DNA of 64,000 nucleotides, from positions 62,001-126,000 of the forward strand of contig WELA01001729.1 in the NCBI GenBank assembly GCA_009602735.1. The letters are read 5' to 3'. Source of the stretch: Mesotaenium endlicherianum (lineage: Eukaryota). Shown here one piece after another: positions 62,637 through 64,000 of the stretch. Numbering within the stretch: the stretch's first letter is position 1; the number at the start of each line of letters is the position of its first letter. Both the position numbers and the translations under genes were made by a program. The notes beneath the pieces are model-generated. The model was not told where the DNA came from. It searched no databases and saw nothing but the letters and a program-made list of their open reading frames with translations.

Positions 62637-64000
62637 GCCGAACTCGTCAAAGCGGCGTTCCCCATAACAACTCGCACCATTCTCTCCACCTCTGCGCGCA
62701 TATATATTTTGAAAACATTAAAGTATATGCAAACTCAAATCACTTTAATGCTTGTCTGGACATGCTCTGTGAAGTGACCTCTCGGCTGGCAATGGAAGCA
62801 AATCGATTCGAGGGTAGAGGAAGGACCTAGAAGAACTCCTAGAAAGTTCCTAGAAGTTACTTATTTAGCAAGTATATAAACAAGAGCTAGTACATAGAAA
62901 GACATTGGAGAATCACTCTTGTACTTGTCAAAATCCAGAAATGTATTAACTTTCAAGAAGCCATCTCTCTTTCAAGAAGCTACCACTTGTGTTCAAAGAT
63001 CCTTGTCTTGAATAAAGTATTCAATTTCACTAAGTACTTCGTCTATCTGTTTTACTACAAAAACTGTTGGCAAATTGGCAAAACATTCAGTGGGAAGGAT
63101 TACTTCGGAAGGTCTTGAAATATGTTAAGTCCTGTGATCAGTGTCTTAGCCCTAAAAACAAGGCGGGACACAAACCACCCGAAGGGCTATTGCAACCACT
63201 ACCCATCCCCGCTGGACGATGGGAACCAATATCCATAGACTGAATGATGACACTACGAAGAACTGCCAATGGGCATGATTATATCCTAGTAGTAGTGGAT
63301 AAATTGACAAAAATGGTCATTTTCATCCCCACCACTGTCAAAGTGAGTGCACTCGAAACTGCGAGACGTTTCTACAACCATGCAGTATGCAAACTTGGAC
63401 TACCCTCATATATCATCTCGGACAGAGACTCAAAATTCACCTTGAAATTATGAAGAGCTTTAATGGGGTTGAGTCAAACAGCAAACAGCTGCTCAGCACA
63501 GCAAACCACCCTCAGATTGATGGGCAGACAGAGAGTACTAACCGAGTTCTGTAAGAAGTATTGAGAGTATATGTTAACCAAAACATAGATAATTGGGATG
63601 ACCTGTTGCCTCAAATTCAATTCGCGGTCAACAGCGCGGTGCTTGCGTCAAAGGAAAAGACTCCTTCTGTGAAAGGGGCAAAGTGCCCTAGTGGAAGCGT
63701 AGTAACTCACGAGGAAAAAAACTAGTTGCAATCATGTCAAAGAGTGCAGCGGCACATCACTAAGAAAACTTAGGAAAAATACTCAACATTTGAGTAACAA
63801 GAAACTGCTCACAAATGTACTAGGATGAAAGGCCTTGTCATTACAAACCCGTAGAAATTTACAGAAGTGAAACTTGATAAGAAACAAGGAAGTTATGCCT
63901 ATTTATAATTTTCTGCCTAAGTGCTCCTCCCTAGAGAAGAATGGCTCCCACTGCAAAATTTGATGCGTCCGTAATGATGGTAAAAGGAAGCTCTGGACTT
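62637..64000. mobile_element. Mosaic of short A, B and C fragments (C gag antisense, B LTR pieces to 63059, A integrase 63060-63669, C LTR 63670-~63935, C RNase H antisense)
   Basis: Each piece matches a sequence elsewhere in the window (27856-27915, 18190-18552, ~33950-34550, 42684-42950, ~45975-46042). Confidence 0.8.

Noticed and set aside
1..64000. CRISPR arrays, rRNA/tRNA genes, host genes, DNA transposases
   Set aside because: None seen; tRNA-like matches are only 12 nt primer binding sites and nearly all sequence is explained by LTR elements

Overview
Eukaryotic (probably green-plant lineage) heterochromatin-like block made almost entirely of nested Ty3/Gypsy chromovirus LTR retrotransposons; I see no host gene, RNA gene or CRISPR array. 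Four families are present (my labels). Family A is dominant: ~720-750 bp LTR (TGTAAT..TTTCA), gag, -1 frameshift, PR-RT-RH-IN-chromodomain, plus an extra sense ORF. Family B has a 502 bp LTR. Family C has a ~745 bp LTR. Family D is a non-coding element sharing C cis-signals. Main finding: family A carries a third ORF (ORF3, ~558 aa, no hydrophobic segment, so not env-like) between pol and the 3' LTR. It occurs in two strongly diverged but motif-conserved versions. Each is preceded by a predicted ~102-108 nt intron (AAG|GTA..CTRAC..CAG|G-ATG) ending 1 nt before the ATG, and each sits in a cassette bracketed by duplicated polypurine tracts. TSDs and LTR SNPs also reveal an internal inversion between two young inverted A copies, plus a flip of a 56 bp spacer. 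The assembly has N gaps, so rearrangement calls need long-read confirmation.
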